A stretch of DNA of 44,153 nt, from NCBI GenBank assembly GCA_005222975.1, contig NJBI01000028.1, forward strand, positions 1 through 44,153, read 5' to 3'. The notes beneath the pieces are model-generated. The model was not told where the DNA came from and did no database searches. It saw nothing but the letters and a program-made list of their open reading frames with translations. Positions within the stretch are counted from its first letter, which is position 1, and each line of letters starts with the position of its first letter. This document shows, piece by piece, positions 1-10,211 of this stretch. The translations under genes and the position numbers were made by a program. This DNA comes from Promethearchaeota archaeon Loki_b31 (GTDB taxonomy: Archaea > Asgardarchaeota > Lokiarchaeia > Sigyniarchaeales > SOKP01).

Positions 1-233
1 TGAGTGATTTTTATGATATTTTTTGTCTATTAAAAAGGAAGTGATATCCAGATATGTATCTTCATTTGAAGAACTTTTAATAAATTATACTTAATATACC
101 GAATTAAGTGAATTATGTACTAGTTATCGAAGCAATTTTAAATGTAAAAAGCTTTAATTTTTTAAATATAAACTCTATTAATTATTTAAAATATTTGAAG
201 TTAAAATTCTTAAAAAACATTTGAAGTGATTAT

Positions 234-515
234 ATGGGAGAAGAATTTGATGGAAAACGTTGTATTCAATGTGGTGGAGAGACCTTTCGATTAGTTAACG
301 ACGACTGGATGTCGAGGACATTTCGGTTTGTTGAAAAAGGGCAATTAAAGATGTGCGATGGCTGTGGAGCTAAATATTTGGTATGCCAGCAGTGTGGATC
401 ACTTTTTACGAGAGTTCATCCGGCATTAGAAGCATGGGAAGTAAACCAAAAATGTGGTGTGTGTGGATATGAGGATCCTGAAGTAAAAGCATGGGATGGC
501 GTTTCAGCCCGCTAA
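234..515 (+). CDS. Small double zinc-ribbon protein
   Basis: 93 aa with four CxxC motifs (CIQC, CDGC, CQQC, CGVC). Confidence 0.8.
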   Translation: MGEEFDGKRCIQCGGETFRLVNDDWMSRTFRFVEKGQLKMCDGCGAKYLVCQQCGSLFTRVHPALEAWEVNQKCGVCGYEDPEVKAWDGVSAR

Positions 516-672
516 TTTTTCTTATTTTGTAAAAATTAATATTAATATAAATTCATTGAATAAAATTACATATCTTTCATGATTTTTATTAATTGTAATC
601 AAGAAAATATAAATTTTGAAAAAGTAATTAATAATTGATTGTTAATAATTATGATTTTCTCGTTGATTTAAT

Positions 673-1149
673 ATGAATAATATTAGAATTGAAAATGCTA
701 CACCAGATCAAATTGATTCTTTACAAGCTTTAATGAAATTATTGATTTCAAGATTTGGAGACAAATTTGATCCCAAACGGTTTGATTGGGGCATCCGCAG
801 ACGGCTTTATGATCCTTTACAGAGACATGGTATATTGATAGCGATAGATGAAGATAAAGATAACGAAGTTATTGGGATGATAATCGCGGAGTTGCGAATC
901 GATCCATTTGGTGCTTCTGAGGGGTACATTAAACAAGTATTTCTTAAAGACGGGTACAGGGGGCAAGGCATAGGCGAATTACTTGTTAAAAAAGCTATTG
1001 AACATTTACAGAAGATAAAAGTAGAAAAAATAAAAGTAAATATTAAAGAAAAAGCGAAGGAAGCGGCTAATCTTTACGCAAAGATGCATTTTAAGAAAGT
1101 ATACGAGGTTTTAGAACTAGATCTCTCGAAAGAAAACCTTGAAGATTAA
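673..1149 (+). CDS. GNAT family N-acetyltransferase
   Basis: Acetyl-CoA binding motif A (VFLKDGYRGQGIGELL) and AANLYAKMHF motif B. Confidence 0.9.
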   Translation: MNNIRIENATPDQIDSLQALMKLLISRFGDKFDPKRFDWGIRRRLYDPLQRHGILIAIDEDKDNEVIGMIIAELRIDPFGASEGYIKQVFLKDGYRGQGIGELLVKKAIEHLQKIKVEKIKVNIKEKAKEAANLYAKMHFKKVYEVLELDLSKENLED

Positions 1150-1164
1150 AAGCATAAATATTGA

Positions 1165-2160
1165 ATGAATTGTACCTTGATCGATTTAGAAACTCCTTGG
1201 GTGGAAAAATATAGACCTAATTCGTTTGATGAAATCGTAAGCCAAAATATCGCTATTAATAACTTAAAAGATTTCGTAAAAAGCGGTAATATGCCCCACA
1301 TGATTTTTACTGGTCCTGCGGGCACGGGTAAAACAAGCACAGCATTAATTATTGCTAGAAATGTGATTAAAAAAGAGAATTATTTTGCAAATGTTTTAGA
1401 GTTGAACGCATCAGACACCGTAAGAATGGACTACGTTAGGAGCGCAATTAAAGGCTTTGTAAATCAAAATCTAGTTGTTGGGGATGATACGTTAAAAGTT
1501 ATAATTCTTGACGAAGCGGACAATATACCCAAACAAGTTCAGCAGGCACTCAGGAGAATTATAGAAAAAGCATCAAGTAGCGTGAAATTTATATTAATAT
1601 GTAATTATATCAATAGAATAATCGATCCAATTATTTCAAGGTGTGCAGTATTTAGGTTTGCTAAATTACCTGAGGAGAAAATAATAGAACGATTAAAATT
1701 TATTTCAGAACAAGAAAAATTACAAATTCCCCAAACTCAAGCAAATGAATTTTATAAAGCGTTATTTTTTATCTCAGGAGGCGATTTAAGAAAAGCTATT
1801 AATACTTTACAAATGTCTGTTGCACTTGAGTTGTTAGACAATTTAGATATAAACGAAATTTTAAAGATTTCCGGTTTTTTGGATGATTCAACGTTAGAAA
1901 AGTTAATTAAAACGCTTCAATCTAAAAATTTTGAGGTAGCGAGAAAAAATTTTCTTACAATTGAAAATTTAGACAGTAGAAATTTCCTAAGACAAATAAT
2001 GGGAAGGTTAGGTAGTCTAAATATAGAATCTAGCAATTATCACAAAATAGTTGCATTTATCGGAGATATAGATTATAGAATTAGCCAAGGAGCAGATGTG
2101 AAAATTCAATTACTTGCTTTGATTGGTGAATTGATAAGAAATATCAAAAAAGACACGTAA
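1165..2160 (+). CDS. rfcS: Replication factor C small subunit (canonical)
   Basis: PWVEKYRP, Walker A GPAGTGKT, ELNASD, Walker B IILDEAD, SRC arginine finger, GDLRKAIN. Confidence 0.96.
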   Translation: MNCTLIDLETPWVEKYRPNSFDEIVSQNIAINNLKDFVKSGNMPHMIFTGPAGTGKTSTALIIARNVIKKENYFANVLELNASDTVRMDYVRSAIKGFVNQNLVVGDDTLKVIILDEADNIPKQVQQALRRIIEKASSSVKFILICNYINRIIDPIISRCAVFRFAKLPEEKIIERLKFISEQEKLQIPQTQANEFYKALFFISGGDLRKAINTLQMSVALELLDNLDINEILKISGFLDDSTLEKLIKTLQSKNFEVARKNFLTIENLDSRNFLRQIMGRLGSLNIESSNYHKIVAFIGDIDYRISQGADVKIQLLALIGELIRNIKKDT

Positions 2161-2186
2161 TTTTTATAATAAGGGAGGAAAGGGGC

Positions 2187-3233
2187 TTGCTTTCAGAAAT
2201 TCCTATATGGCGCGTTAAGTATTTTCCTAAGAATTTAGAGGATGTATGTGGTAGAGAGAACATTAAAGAAAGATTAAAGGAATATATTAAAAGTAGAAAC
2301 TTTCCACACCTGCTATTCGTAGGAGCCGAATTTATCGGAAAAACAACATTAGCGCGCCTTTTTTCGAGAGAATTCTTGGGGGGTTATTATGATACAAATT
2401 TTAAATTAGTTTACGCAAATGTTCCGTTAACAAGCGAAGAAATGAAACAAGCTCGCTCAAATGCCCATATATCAACTAGTAGGTTAGGAAGTTTGGCAGG
2501 AAAAACAATATCTACTCCCGCATTTATACAAGTTAAAATTAAGCCGTTTGTTCAATTAAAAGTGTTAGGGGATGTTCCGTTTAAAATTCTAATTGTAAAA
2601 GATTTTGATTATTTAGGATCTAATCAACAAGCATTTCGGAGATTAATGGAAATTTATGGCACTAATTGTAGGATGATATTGATTACGACTAAAATTTCAA
2701 AAATAATTGATCCAATAATGAGTCGATGCCAAATATTTTTAGTTTCACCAATTAATTATAGCTCTTTTGAAAGTCTCATACTTGACATTGCTCAAAAAGA
2801 ATCCCTAAAAATTAAACGCGAGGTTATAGAATTTCTTTACAAAACCTCAGGAGGGAAGCTCTCGCGTGCGATAGATTTGTTACAGCTTTGCTCTATAAGT
2901 GGAGATGTTATTGACTTAGACAAATTATACGAAAATTCAATAAATTCTCAAAAGGACATGATAAGGAGCCTTCTATTAATGTGTTTCAAAGGAGACTTTC
3001 CTAAAGCGCGAGAATTATCTCGAAAAATTCAAACAAATTATAAATTTAATTCTCAAGAAATGTTTAAAATTATGCTAACCGAGCTTACAAAAATACCTTT
3101 AAGTAAGTACTCTAGAATTAAATTGATAAATTTAATAGCGGAAACTGACTTTAGAGCGATTGATGGAAGAGATGTCGATATTCAAGTTTCAAATTTACTA
3201 GCAAAAATCTGTTATTTTTCAGAATTTATTTAG
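2187..3233 (+). CDS. Second, divergent RFC small subunit (degenerate Walker B)
   Basis: WRVKYFP, FPHLLFVGAEFIGKTT, Walker B replaced by ILIVKDFD, QQAFRRLME, SRC retained; TTG start preceded by GGAGG. Confidence 0.88.
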   Translation: MLSEIPIWRVKYFPKNLEDVCGRENIKERLKEYIKSRNFPHLLFVGAEFIGKTTLARLFSREFLGGYYDTNFKLVYANVPLTSEEMKQARSNAHISTSRLGSLAGKTISTPAFIQVKIKPFVQLKVLGDVPFKILIVKDFDYLGSNQQAFRRLMEIYGTNCRMILITTKISKIIDPIMSRCQIFLVSPINYSSFESLILDIAQKESLKIKREVIEFLYKTSGGKLSRAIDLLQLCSISGDVIDLDKLYENSINSQKDMIRSLLLMCFKGDFPKARELSRKIQTNYKFNSQEMFKIMLTELTKIPLSKYSRIKLINLIAETDFRAIDGRDVDIQVSNLLAKICYFSEFI

Positions 3234-3242
3234 GTGGGTTAT

Positions 3243-4604
3243 ATGGCAATAACTACTAATTCAAATATTACATGGGTGGAAAAATACAGGCCAAAGTCAA
3301 TTAAGGAGATGGCACCACCTACTGCTAAAGTTGATGGCCACAAAGTTGATTTGACGGAAGAATTACACCGTTTTGTAGTAGACTTTTTTAAAGAAAAAAG
3401 AAAAATTAACGAATCAAATAAAAAAATTCGAGCATATAATCGAACTCACGAAGAAAAAGATCATAAAGAAGAGCTAAAATTAGCCTCTGACAAAGCAGCA
3501 GCCTTACTTGAGGGGCCTCCAGGAGTGGGGAAAACTACCATAGCATATGCTTTAGCAAATGATCTGAATATGGAGGTTGTGGAGACTAATGCCTCAGATA
3601 CTCGAACTAAAAGTGATTTAGAAGCCAAATTAAGCGAAACTACAAAATCTCGAGGGATTATGGATTTTATAGTCGAAAGTAAAAAGAAATTGATTTTAAT
3701 AGATGAAATTGACGGAATTTACGGAGTTACTGATAGAGGGGCAGTCCCAACGATATTAAAACTTATAGAAGATACGCAATTTCCTATTATTATGTGTTCT
3801 AATGAATACAAACAAAACCTTCAGTCATTATACAAGAAGGTAAGAAAATTTGAAATATATCCATTATCTAACGAAGAAGTGTCGAAAATCGCGAGAAAAA
3901 TAATTAAAAAAGAAAAGGTTTCAAACTTGAGCGAAAAAGATTTAAGCTTAATTGTTGAAAAAAATCACGGAGATTTGCGCGGAGTTATTAACGATTTGCA
4001 AGGTATAAGTCAAGGCTCTTTAGATAGGAACGCTAAAGAGTTGATTTTGAAGCTAAATAGGGATAGTACAGAAGAGATTTTTGCTTTAATTAGAGATTTA
4101 TTTCAAAAAACTAACACATTAATTGAAGCTCGAAGTTTAACGGATAAATCAGATGTAGATTATAATTTATTATATAAATGGGTAAACGAAAGCCTTCCTA
4201 CATTTATCAGAATTAACAAGGAAATCGCTCAGGCTTTAGAAAACCTATCTTTAGCAGACGAAATCTTTGGTAGAATCCGTAAAAACCAGTATTGGTCGTT
4301 ACTACCTTACTTTTACGATCTTTTTGCTGGGGGCGTTGTTTTATCAAGAAAGCGGAGAAGGGCGGATGAGGGTTTTCGTAGAATAATGTTTCCAAGGTTC
4401 ACATCTACTGGCTTTTTTTCTTTATCAGCAAATGAAAAGTTATTAGTGGAAAAAATTCAAAAGAAGTACAAAATCTCAGATATCGAAGCAGTTCAAGATT
4501 TTATCCCATTCTTAAAAATATTATGTAATTCTTCAAGGAAACAGCTGAGAGACGTAGGTGAATGGTTTGAATTGGACGCTAAAGAAAAAAAGTTTTTGAA
4601 ATAG
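3243..4604 (+). CDS. rfcL: Replication factor C large subunit
   Basis: WVEKYRP, KAALLEGPPGVGKTT, NASDTRT, LIDEIDG, GDLRGVINDLQ, C-terminal RFC-L collar (QYWSLLPY); ATG 3243 preferred over GTG 3234. Confidence 0.95.
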   Translation: MAITTNSNITWVEKYRPKSIKEMAPPTAKVDGHKVDLTEELHRFVVDFFKEKRKINESNKKIRAYNRTHEEKDHKEELKLASDKAAALLEGPPGVGKTTIAYALANDLNMEVVETNASDTRTKSDLEAKLSETTKSRGIMDFIVESKKKLILIDEIDGIYGVTDRGAVPTILKLIEDTQFPIIMCSNEYKQNLQSLYKKVRKFEIYPLSNEEVSKIARKIIKKEKVSNLSEKDLSLIVEKNHGDLRGVINDLQGISQGSLDRNAKELILKLNRDSTEEIFALIRDLFQKTNTLIEARSLTDKSDVDYNLLYKWVNESLPTFIRINKEIAQALENLSLADEIFGRIRKNQYWSLLPYFYDLFAGGVVLSRKRRRADEGFRRIMFPRFTSTGFFSLSANEKLLVEKIQKKYKISDIEAVQDFIPFLKILCNSSRKQLRDVGEWFELDAKEKKFLK

Positions 4605-4869
4605 AATAATCTTGGAATAAGAATTATCTACTCTTTTTTGGGTAGAGAAAAAATTCATTTAAACAGATGTTAGAGATAATATATAGCAAATATGGAAGTT
4701 TAAATCCATTTTCGGAAATCTATTAAAATATTTCTTAATAATAACTAAAAAGGGTTAATCTAATTTTTAATTTAATCCATAAATTTAGCGAATAAATCAT
4801 TAAATAACTCTTTTAAATATAAGTAAATTTCAATTCATAACAAATAATATTTTAATAAATTGAATTAAA

Positions 4870-5547
4870 ATGGTTGACAAAACAGAAGAACAAATATCTG
4901 AAGAAAAAGAAACTTCTATGTCAAAATCTTCTCAGCTTGTTTTACAAATATCTGGAGCTGCCCTTTTTGGAGCCCTTTCTTTAGTAGTTTCTGCATTTAC
5001 AACAGAAATTATCCCAAGGGTTCCTGGATGGGGGATTGCTATTATAGATCCCATATCAATAATATGGATAATATGTTTTCTCGTATTTGGAACTAAATCG
5101 GGAATACTTTGCTGTGTAATTGGGACACTCGGTTTAATGCCATTCGATACATCTTTCCCAATAATAGGCCCTTTAATGAAATTTTCAGCGACATTTACTC
5201 TTATCATAGTTCCCATTATGGCTTTAAAACTATATAGAAATGAGGAAGGAATTAGAAACAGCCAAAAAATTAAAAAACCGAGAAATTATGTTGTTTTTGG
5301 TCTATTTGGAGTGATTTTAAGAATATTTATAATGATGCTTTTAAATTATTTACTGTTTATAACAATATTGGCAGATTGGCTAGCGGGTGCGAGTTTGGGA
5401 TTTATAGGGCTCCCTGGCATTTCAGGTTGGACAGCAATTATTATTGGAGTAATTATTATTAATGCTTTTACAAGTATATGGGATTTACTTGTCCCTTATG
5501 TGTTCGTGTTTGGTTTAAAAATCGATAAGATTTTCTCAATTTGGTAA
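4870..5547 (+). CDS. ECF transporter S component-like membrane protein
   Basis: About 6 hydrophobic segments; GAALFGALS helix 1, IDPISI and GPLMKF patterns typical of S components. Confidence 0.7.
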   Translation: MVDKTEEQISEEKETSMSKSSQLVLQISGAALFGALSLVVSAFTTEIIPRVPGWGIAIIDPISIIWIICFLVFGTKSGILCCVIGTLGLMPFDTSFPIIGPLMKFSATFTLIIVPIMALKLYRNEEGIRNSQKIKKPRNYVVFGLFGVILRIFIMMLLNYLLFITILADWLAGASLGFIGLPGISGWTAIIIGVIIINAFTSIWDLLVPYVFVFGLKIDKIFSIW

Positions 5548-5672
5548 TTCTTTTTTTATTTCTTTTCTCTTTTTTTGAGATTTTCACAATTCTGAGAATC
5601 TTTAATGGTTGTTAAATAATAAAAATAGAAACAAGTTTTAATTTTAAATTGTATTCTAATAAGGCGATAATA

Positions 5673-6470
5673 ATGGTTCAAAAAGATTTCGAGCATGTAA
5701 TATTTAAAATCGAGGATAATATCGGAGTAATTACTTTAAATCGCCCAAAACGACTAAACGCTTTAAATTATCCCCTATTAATGGAAATCATTGATATTTT
5801 AGAATTAAATTCTAAAAACAAAATAATCCGTGTTTTTGTTATTGAAGGTAATGAGCAATCCTTCAGCTCCGGTGACGATTTAAAGAGTATGGGTCCTGAT
5901 GGTCCAAGGTTTAAGCCATTAGCTGACGGGTCAAAACTTCCACATCAGAGAGTTATTCGATTAATAAGAGAAATTCAAAAACCATTTATAGCGTTATTAC
6001 AAGGATATTGTCTAGGCGCTGGACTCGAATTAGCACTCGCTTGTGACTTTCGTTTAGCGGCAGATAATCTGAAGATCGGAGATCATCGCGTTAATCGGGC
6101 TCACTGCGTTATGAGCGGGGCAAGTTGGCTTCTTCCGAGAATAGTAGGGTTCGCACGAGCAACAGATATACTCTTAACGGGGCGTCAACTTGATGCTAAG
6201 GAAGCATTAACGATTGGTTTAGTAAATAAAGTCTTTTCATTATCAGAATTTAGTAAGGAATCTAAGGAATTTATTCAATCCATAGCCAAACTACCCACTA
6301 GATGCTTAGGTTATAACAAGACTATGCTTAATTATTCTCAATATAACGAGTTATTTCCCTCGTTAAAACACGAATTTAAATTATATTGTAAAAACATCGC
6401 AACATACGATTTTGGAGAAGGAATGAAATCATTTCAGGAAAAGCGAGAACCAAAATTTAAAGGGAAATGA
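5673..6470 (+). CDS. Enoyl-CoA hydratase/isomerase (crotonase) family protein
   Basis: ITLNRPKRLNAL, FSSGDDL, GYCLGAGLELALACDFR, EKREPKFKGK; ATG 5673 preferred over TTG 5649. Confidence 0.93.
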   Translation: MVQKDFEHVIFKIEDNIGVITLNRPKRLNALNYPLLMEIIDILELNSKNKIIRVFVIEGNEQSFSSGDDLKSMGPDGPRFKPLADGSKLPHQRVIRLIREIQKPFIALLQGYCLGAGLELALACDFRLAADNLKIGDHRVNRAHCVMSGASWLLPRIVGFARATDILLTGRQLDAKEALTIGLVNKVFSLSEFSKESKEFIQSIAKLPTRCLGYNKTMLNYSQYNELFPSLKHEFKLYCKNIATYDFGEGMKSFQEKREPKFKGK

Positions 6471-6533
6471 TTAAATAAATTTTAATATTTTAACTCTTAT
6501 TCTATTAAACATACTTGATTAAATGGGATTATT

Positions 6534-7790
6534 TTGTTATCAGAAGAAATAAAAGAATTCTTATTAAAAGAAGCAACGGATAGATTTTTCAGATATGTTC
6601 AAATATGGACTACATCTGACGAAGATTCCCAATCCAATCCATCATCTAAAAATCAATTTGAATTAGGAAATGTATTAGTTGCTGAATTGAAGGAGCTGAA
6701 TCTAGATAATATAATACACAACGAGTATGGATATGTTTACGCCGATTTACCAGCAAGTAACGGGTTAGAAAAAGTTAAAACAATTGGATTAATAGCCCAT
6801 ATGGATACTTCACAAGCAGTGAGCGGGAAAAACGTTAAACCAGTTGTCCATAAAAATTATGATGGTGGTGCGATAAAATTCGTAAGCAATAAGGAAATTG
6901 AGCTTACAGTTGAAGATTCTCCATTGTTAAAGGAATATATTGGTTTAGATATCATTACTTCAGAAGGTGATACCTTATTAGGTGCAGACGATAAAGCTGG
7001 AATCGCAGAAATTATGGCCGCGTGCGCTGCTTGGAAAAGTTTTCCAGAACTAAAACACGGACCTATTACTGTATGTTTTACGCCAGATGAGGAAATAGGA
7101 AAAGGAACGCTAAAGATTGATAAAAAAAGGTTACCCGAATTCTGTTACACCATGGATGGTTCAGAGATGGGACAATTGGAATTTGAATGTTTTGACGCAT
7201 GGAAAGCGACTATAACTTTTATAGGGCTTAGTGTGCATCCAGGTTACGCTAAAAATCTAATGGTAAACGCAATACATATAGCGTGCCGGTTTCTTAGTGA
7301 AATCCCTGAACATGAATCACCAGAACACACGGAAGACCGAGAAGGATTTTATCATATGGGAGACCTGAGAGGAACAGAAGAAGAAGCTAAAACCAAATTA
7401 ATAATCAGAGATTATGATGAAATAAATAATAAAAAAAGGATGGAATTCCTTCAAAAATTGAAAGAGATCTATGAATTTCGATATCCGGGCTTAAAAATTG
7501 AGCTAAAATTTGAACACCAATACAGGAATATGTTAAAATTTATTGAAAAGGAAATGATAGTCGTTGACTTAGCAAAAGAAGCTATTAAAATGGCAGATAT
7601 AGATATAAAAATTGAAGCTATTAGAGGCGGAACCGATGGTTCTAAACTTAGCGAAATGGGGATTCCGACACCGAATATTTTTTCTGGGGGTCTCTTATTT
7701 CATTCTAGAAAAGAACATATTCCCACTTTAGCGTTACAGAAAGCCGCAGAAGTTATTATTTATTTAGGGCAATTATGGGCTGCTTCTTAA
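6534..7790 (+). CDS. pepT: Peptidase T (M20 tripeptide aminopeptidase)
   Basis: AHMDTS, TLLGADDKAG, FTPDEEIG, VHPGYAK, IRGGTDG, PTPNIFSGG..FHS motifs. Confidence 0.96.
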   Translation: MLSEEIKEFLLKEATDRFFRYVQIWTTSDEDSQSNPSSKNQFELGNVLVAELKELNLDNIIHNEYGYVYADLPASNGLEKVKTIGLIAHMDTSQAVSGKNVKPVVHKNYDGGAIKFVSNKEIELTVEDSPLLKEYIGLDIITSEGDTLLGADDKAGIAEIMAACAAWKSFPELKHGPITVCFTPDEEIGKGTLKIDKKRLPEFCYTMDGSEMGQLEFECFDAWKATITFIGLSVHPGYAKNLMVNAIHIACRFLSEIPEHESPEHTEDREGFYHMGDLRGTEEEAKTKLIIRDYDEINNKKRMEFLQKLKEIYEFRYPGLKIELKFEHQYRNMLKFIEKEMIVVDLAKEAIKMADIDIKIEAIRGGTDGSKLSEMGIPTPNIFSGGLLFHSRKEHIPTLALQKAAEVIIYLGQLWAAS

Positions 7791-7815
7791 TTCTATTTAA
7801 AAACTCGACAATTTC

Positions 7816-7998
7816 TTAGGCTTCACTTTTTTTTATGATTTTAGAAAAGTCAGTTATCGTAAAACAAATAATACATACAGCTAATAAAATTGAAATATAA
7901 ATAAACGCCCAAGTATACGAAAACACGCTATATATATATCCAAAAACTAAGGCTTCCACCATACTTATAAATCCGACTGACAAATAATAGTATCCACA
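7816..7998 (-). pseudogene. Orphan 3'-terminal fragment of an MFS transporter gene (homologous to 13282-14538)
   Basis: Minus-strand translation GYYYLSVGFISMVEALVFGYIYSVFSYTWAFIYISILLAVCIICFTITDFSKIIKKSEA* matches the C-terminus of the MFS at 13291-13449 (45/53 aa identical by hand alignment); homology stops abruptly near 7998. Confidence 0.92.
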
Positions 7999-8081
7999 AA
8001 ATTTTGAAATATGCTCATTATATTCTTTTTATTAATTTTTTGATAATAATATTTAATCTTTTTTAAACATGTTTTATATTC

Positions 8082-10211
8082 ATGAAAGAAAAGGGTATAC
8101 CTCAGATCTCATATGAAATGATTCAAGAGATAACGAATCCAACTTATTTCAACCGGGGCGAGAGTTATTACAAGTCTGGAATGGTTAAAAAAGGTTGGAT
8201 TATTGAGGATGGTATAAAAGCAAAAATGAGAGGTAATTATAAACCTTATTATCTTGTAGAAATTTCTGTGTCTGATACTATGAAACTAAGAGGAAAATGT
8301 ACGTGTCCGATTGGATTTGGATGTAAACACAGCGTTGCAACTTGTTTACAATATCTTTATGAACCGGAATTTTTTATTAATAAAATTTGTGACCAAGAAT
8401 TATCTCATCTTAAAGGCTTAAAAGAAAAAGAAAAGAGAAATATAAAAGTTCCTAAAAACTATGAATTAAATCCGATTTCCGTACAAGAATGGGTTTCAAC
8501 ATTACCAATAGAAGTATTAAAGACAAGATTTATAGATCTTTGGAATCGTTTTGCTCCAACAATATTCAAAAATCTCCTAGATCCAGATTATCCTCATTAC
8601 TTTTGGTTTTCTCAACTTATTGATATATCAGATTTTATTGATTCTCGTGAAGAAGAAAACTCTAATAAATGGTTTAGACCTCTTGAGTTAATAGATTTTC
8701 TAAATGATTCTGATCTTTTTATTCCAATACTATATAATTGGACACAATCTTATATTGAATTAGGGAGGGAAATAAAGCAAGAATTCAATTCTATTGGAAT
8801 AACTGAAAATATGATTGATTTTGATCCAGAGTTTTATTTCATAGATGATAATAATGGGGATAACCATAATAGTTGGGATTATGATTATTACGATGAAAAT
8901 AATGCAGAATCGATAGCAGACGATTTTTTCTCTCAATATACAGAAATATTTGAGGAAATAGCGCACTTTTTTGGAATCTTAGTTCACAAGGACCTTTCGG
9001 ATTTGGCAAATAACCTATATGATTTTGGATTTAAGTGGTTTCTGGATTTAAATTTATCCGAACATAGGGATTATGGTTTAAACGAGTTATTTAAAAATCA
9101 AAGCAAATTTGGTGAAATAATCCAAAGTATACAAGCAAATAATTTGAAAGGGAAAAAGCGTATTGATTTTTTATTACAAATGTATTTAAAATTCAAATCG
9201 AAGAATATAAAAGAGAATATCATTAAGGAATTAAATCAATTATCAAATCAATCAGATTTAGACGAAAAAATTAAAGAAATTTGGCAGGAAATCCTTGCAA
9301 TATATAAAATTAAAATGATGAGTGAAGATTTTTTATTTTTACTTGGATTAGCTGAACAATTTTCTAAAGATAATTCTAAAACTCAATATTTGCTAAAAAA
9401 TACACTTCTTAACATTGAAAAGCACGCTGAAAATCCATATGATTTGATTCATTCCATTTTAACTAATTTTGGTGAAAAATCACTTGAAAACAGAGAATGG
9501 CTTTATGCTTTTATAATAAAAGGCAAATTTAACGATCAAAATATCATTGACGAGAAGTACAAGAATAATAAAGGCTTTCTCTGCTCCCATTGCTTTGAAT
9601 GGTTCTTCAAATATTATTTACCGAAGGGTGATATTGTTAAAATAATTGAACTCTGTAGATATGTTTTAAAACATAATCCTTTCTCTTTTGGATTTAATCA
9701 TTATTCCATGATGAAGAATTATTCCATACAAGATAGAGAGTTTGAAAAGGAAATTACTCCTTTTTTAAAATTAGATTTCTTGTCCGAATTAATTAAAAAG
9801 CGTCAATATAGTACTGCAAATAAAATTCTTCTTAATCAAAAGGATTATACTAAAGCAATATCTTTAACGCTTTTACATTATAGTGCAGATAAAGCGTGGG
9901 ATGTCATTAAAAAACTTCATATGGAGATCGTGATAAATAAATCTGATCAAGTTTTAAAAACTATATCTAAAGATGATTTTCTCTCATTAATTAAGCTTTT
10001 TAACAAATATTCAAGCGAATCAATGAAATTAAGATCTAAGCATAGACCAGATTTAAATATTTCTCAAGGTGTGCAATTATGTTTAAACCTCTATAAATAT
10101 TTTAAAATTCAATCCGAAGGAAATCAGTGGTTTTCACGATTTTGTAAAAAATATAAACGATTCCATAATTTAAGAAGTAGTCTTAAATCTCTGGGAATTG
10201 AAATGGTTTAA
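8082..10211 (+). CDS. SWIM zinc-finger domain protein with acidic tract and long helical C-terminus
   Basis: YFNRGESYY...CTCPIGFGCKH (CxC-x4-CxH) N-terminal SWIM signature. Confidence 0.85.
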   Translation: MKEKGIPQISYEMIQEITNPTYFNRGESYYKSGMVKKGWIIEDGIKAKMRGNYKPYYLVEISVSDTMKLRGKCTCPIGFGCKHSVATCLQYLYEPEFFINKICDQELSHLKGLKEKEKRNIKVPKNYELNPISVQEWVSTLPIEVLKTRFIDLWNRFAPTIFKNLLDPDYPHYFWFSQLIDISDFIDSREEENSNKWFRPLELIDFLNDSDLFIPILYNWTQSYIELGREIKQEFNSIGITENMIDFDPEFYFIDDNNGDNHNSWDYDYYDENNAESIADDFFSQYTEIFEEIAHFFGILVHKDLSDLANNLYDFGFKWFLDLNLSEHRDYGLNELFKNQSKFGEIIQSIQANNLKGKKRIDFLLQMYLKFKSKNIKENIIKELNQLSNQSDLDEKIKEIWQEILAIYKIKMMSEDFLFLLGLAEQFSKDNSKTQYLLKNTLLNIEKHAENPYDLIHSILTNFGEKSLENREWLYAFIIKGKFNDQNIIDEKYKNNKGFLCSHCFEWFFKYYLPKGDIVKIIELCRYVLKHNPFSFGFNHYSMMKNYSIQDREFEKEITPFLKLDFLSELIKKRQYSTANKILLNQKDYTKAISLTLLHYSADKAWDVIKKLHMEIVINKSDQVLKTISKDDFLSLIKLFNKYSSESMKLRSKHRPDLNISQGVQLCLNLYKYFKIQSEGNQWFSRFCKKYKRFHNLRSSLKSLGIEMV

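Noticed and set aside
1-84. Minus-strand open frame running off the left edge
   Set aside because: No canonical start before the upstream stop at 85-87; too little sequence to call.
4627-4646. Hairpin TCTACTC-T6-GGGTAGA after rfcL
   Set aside because: Plausible terminator, but short and with a G-T pair; not distinguishable from chance.
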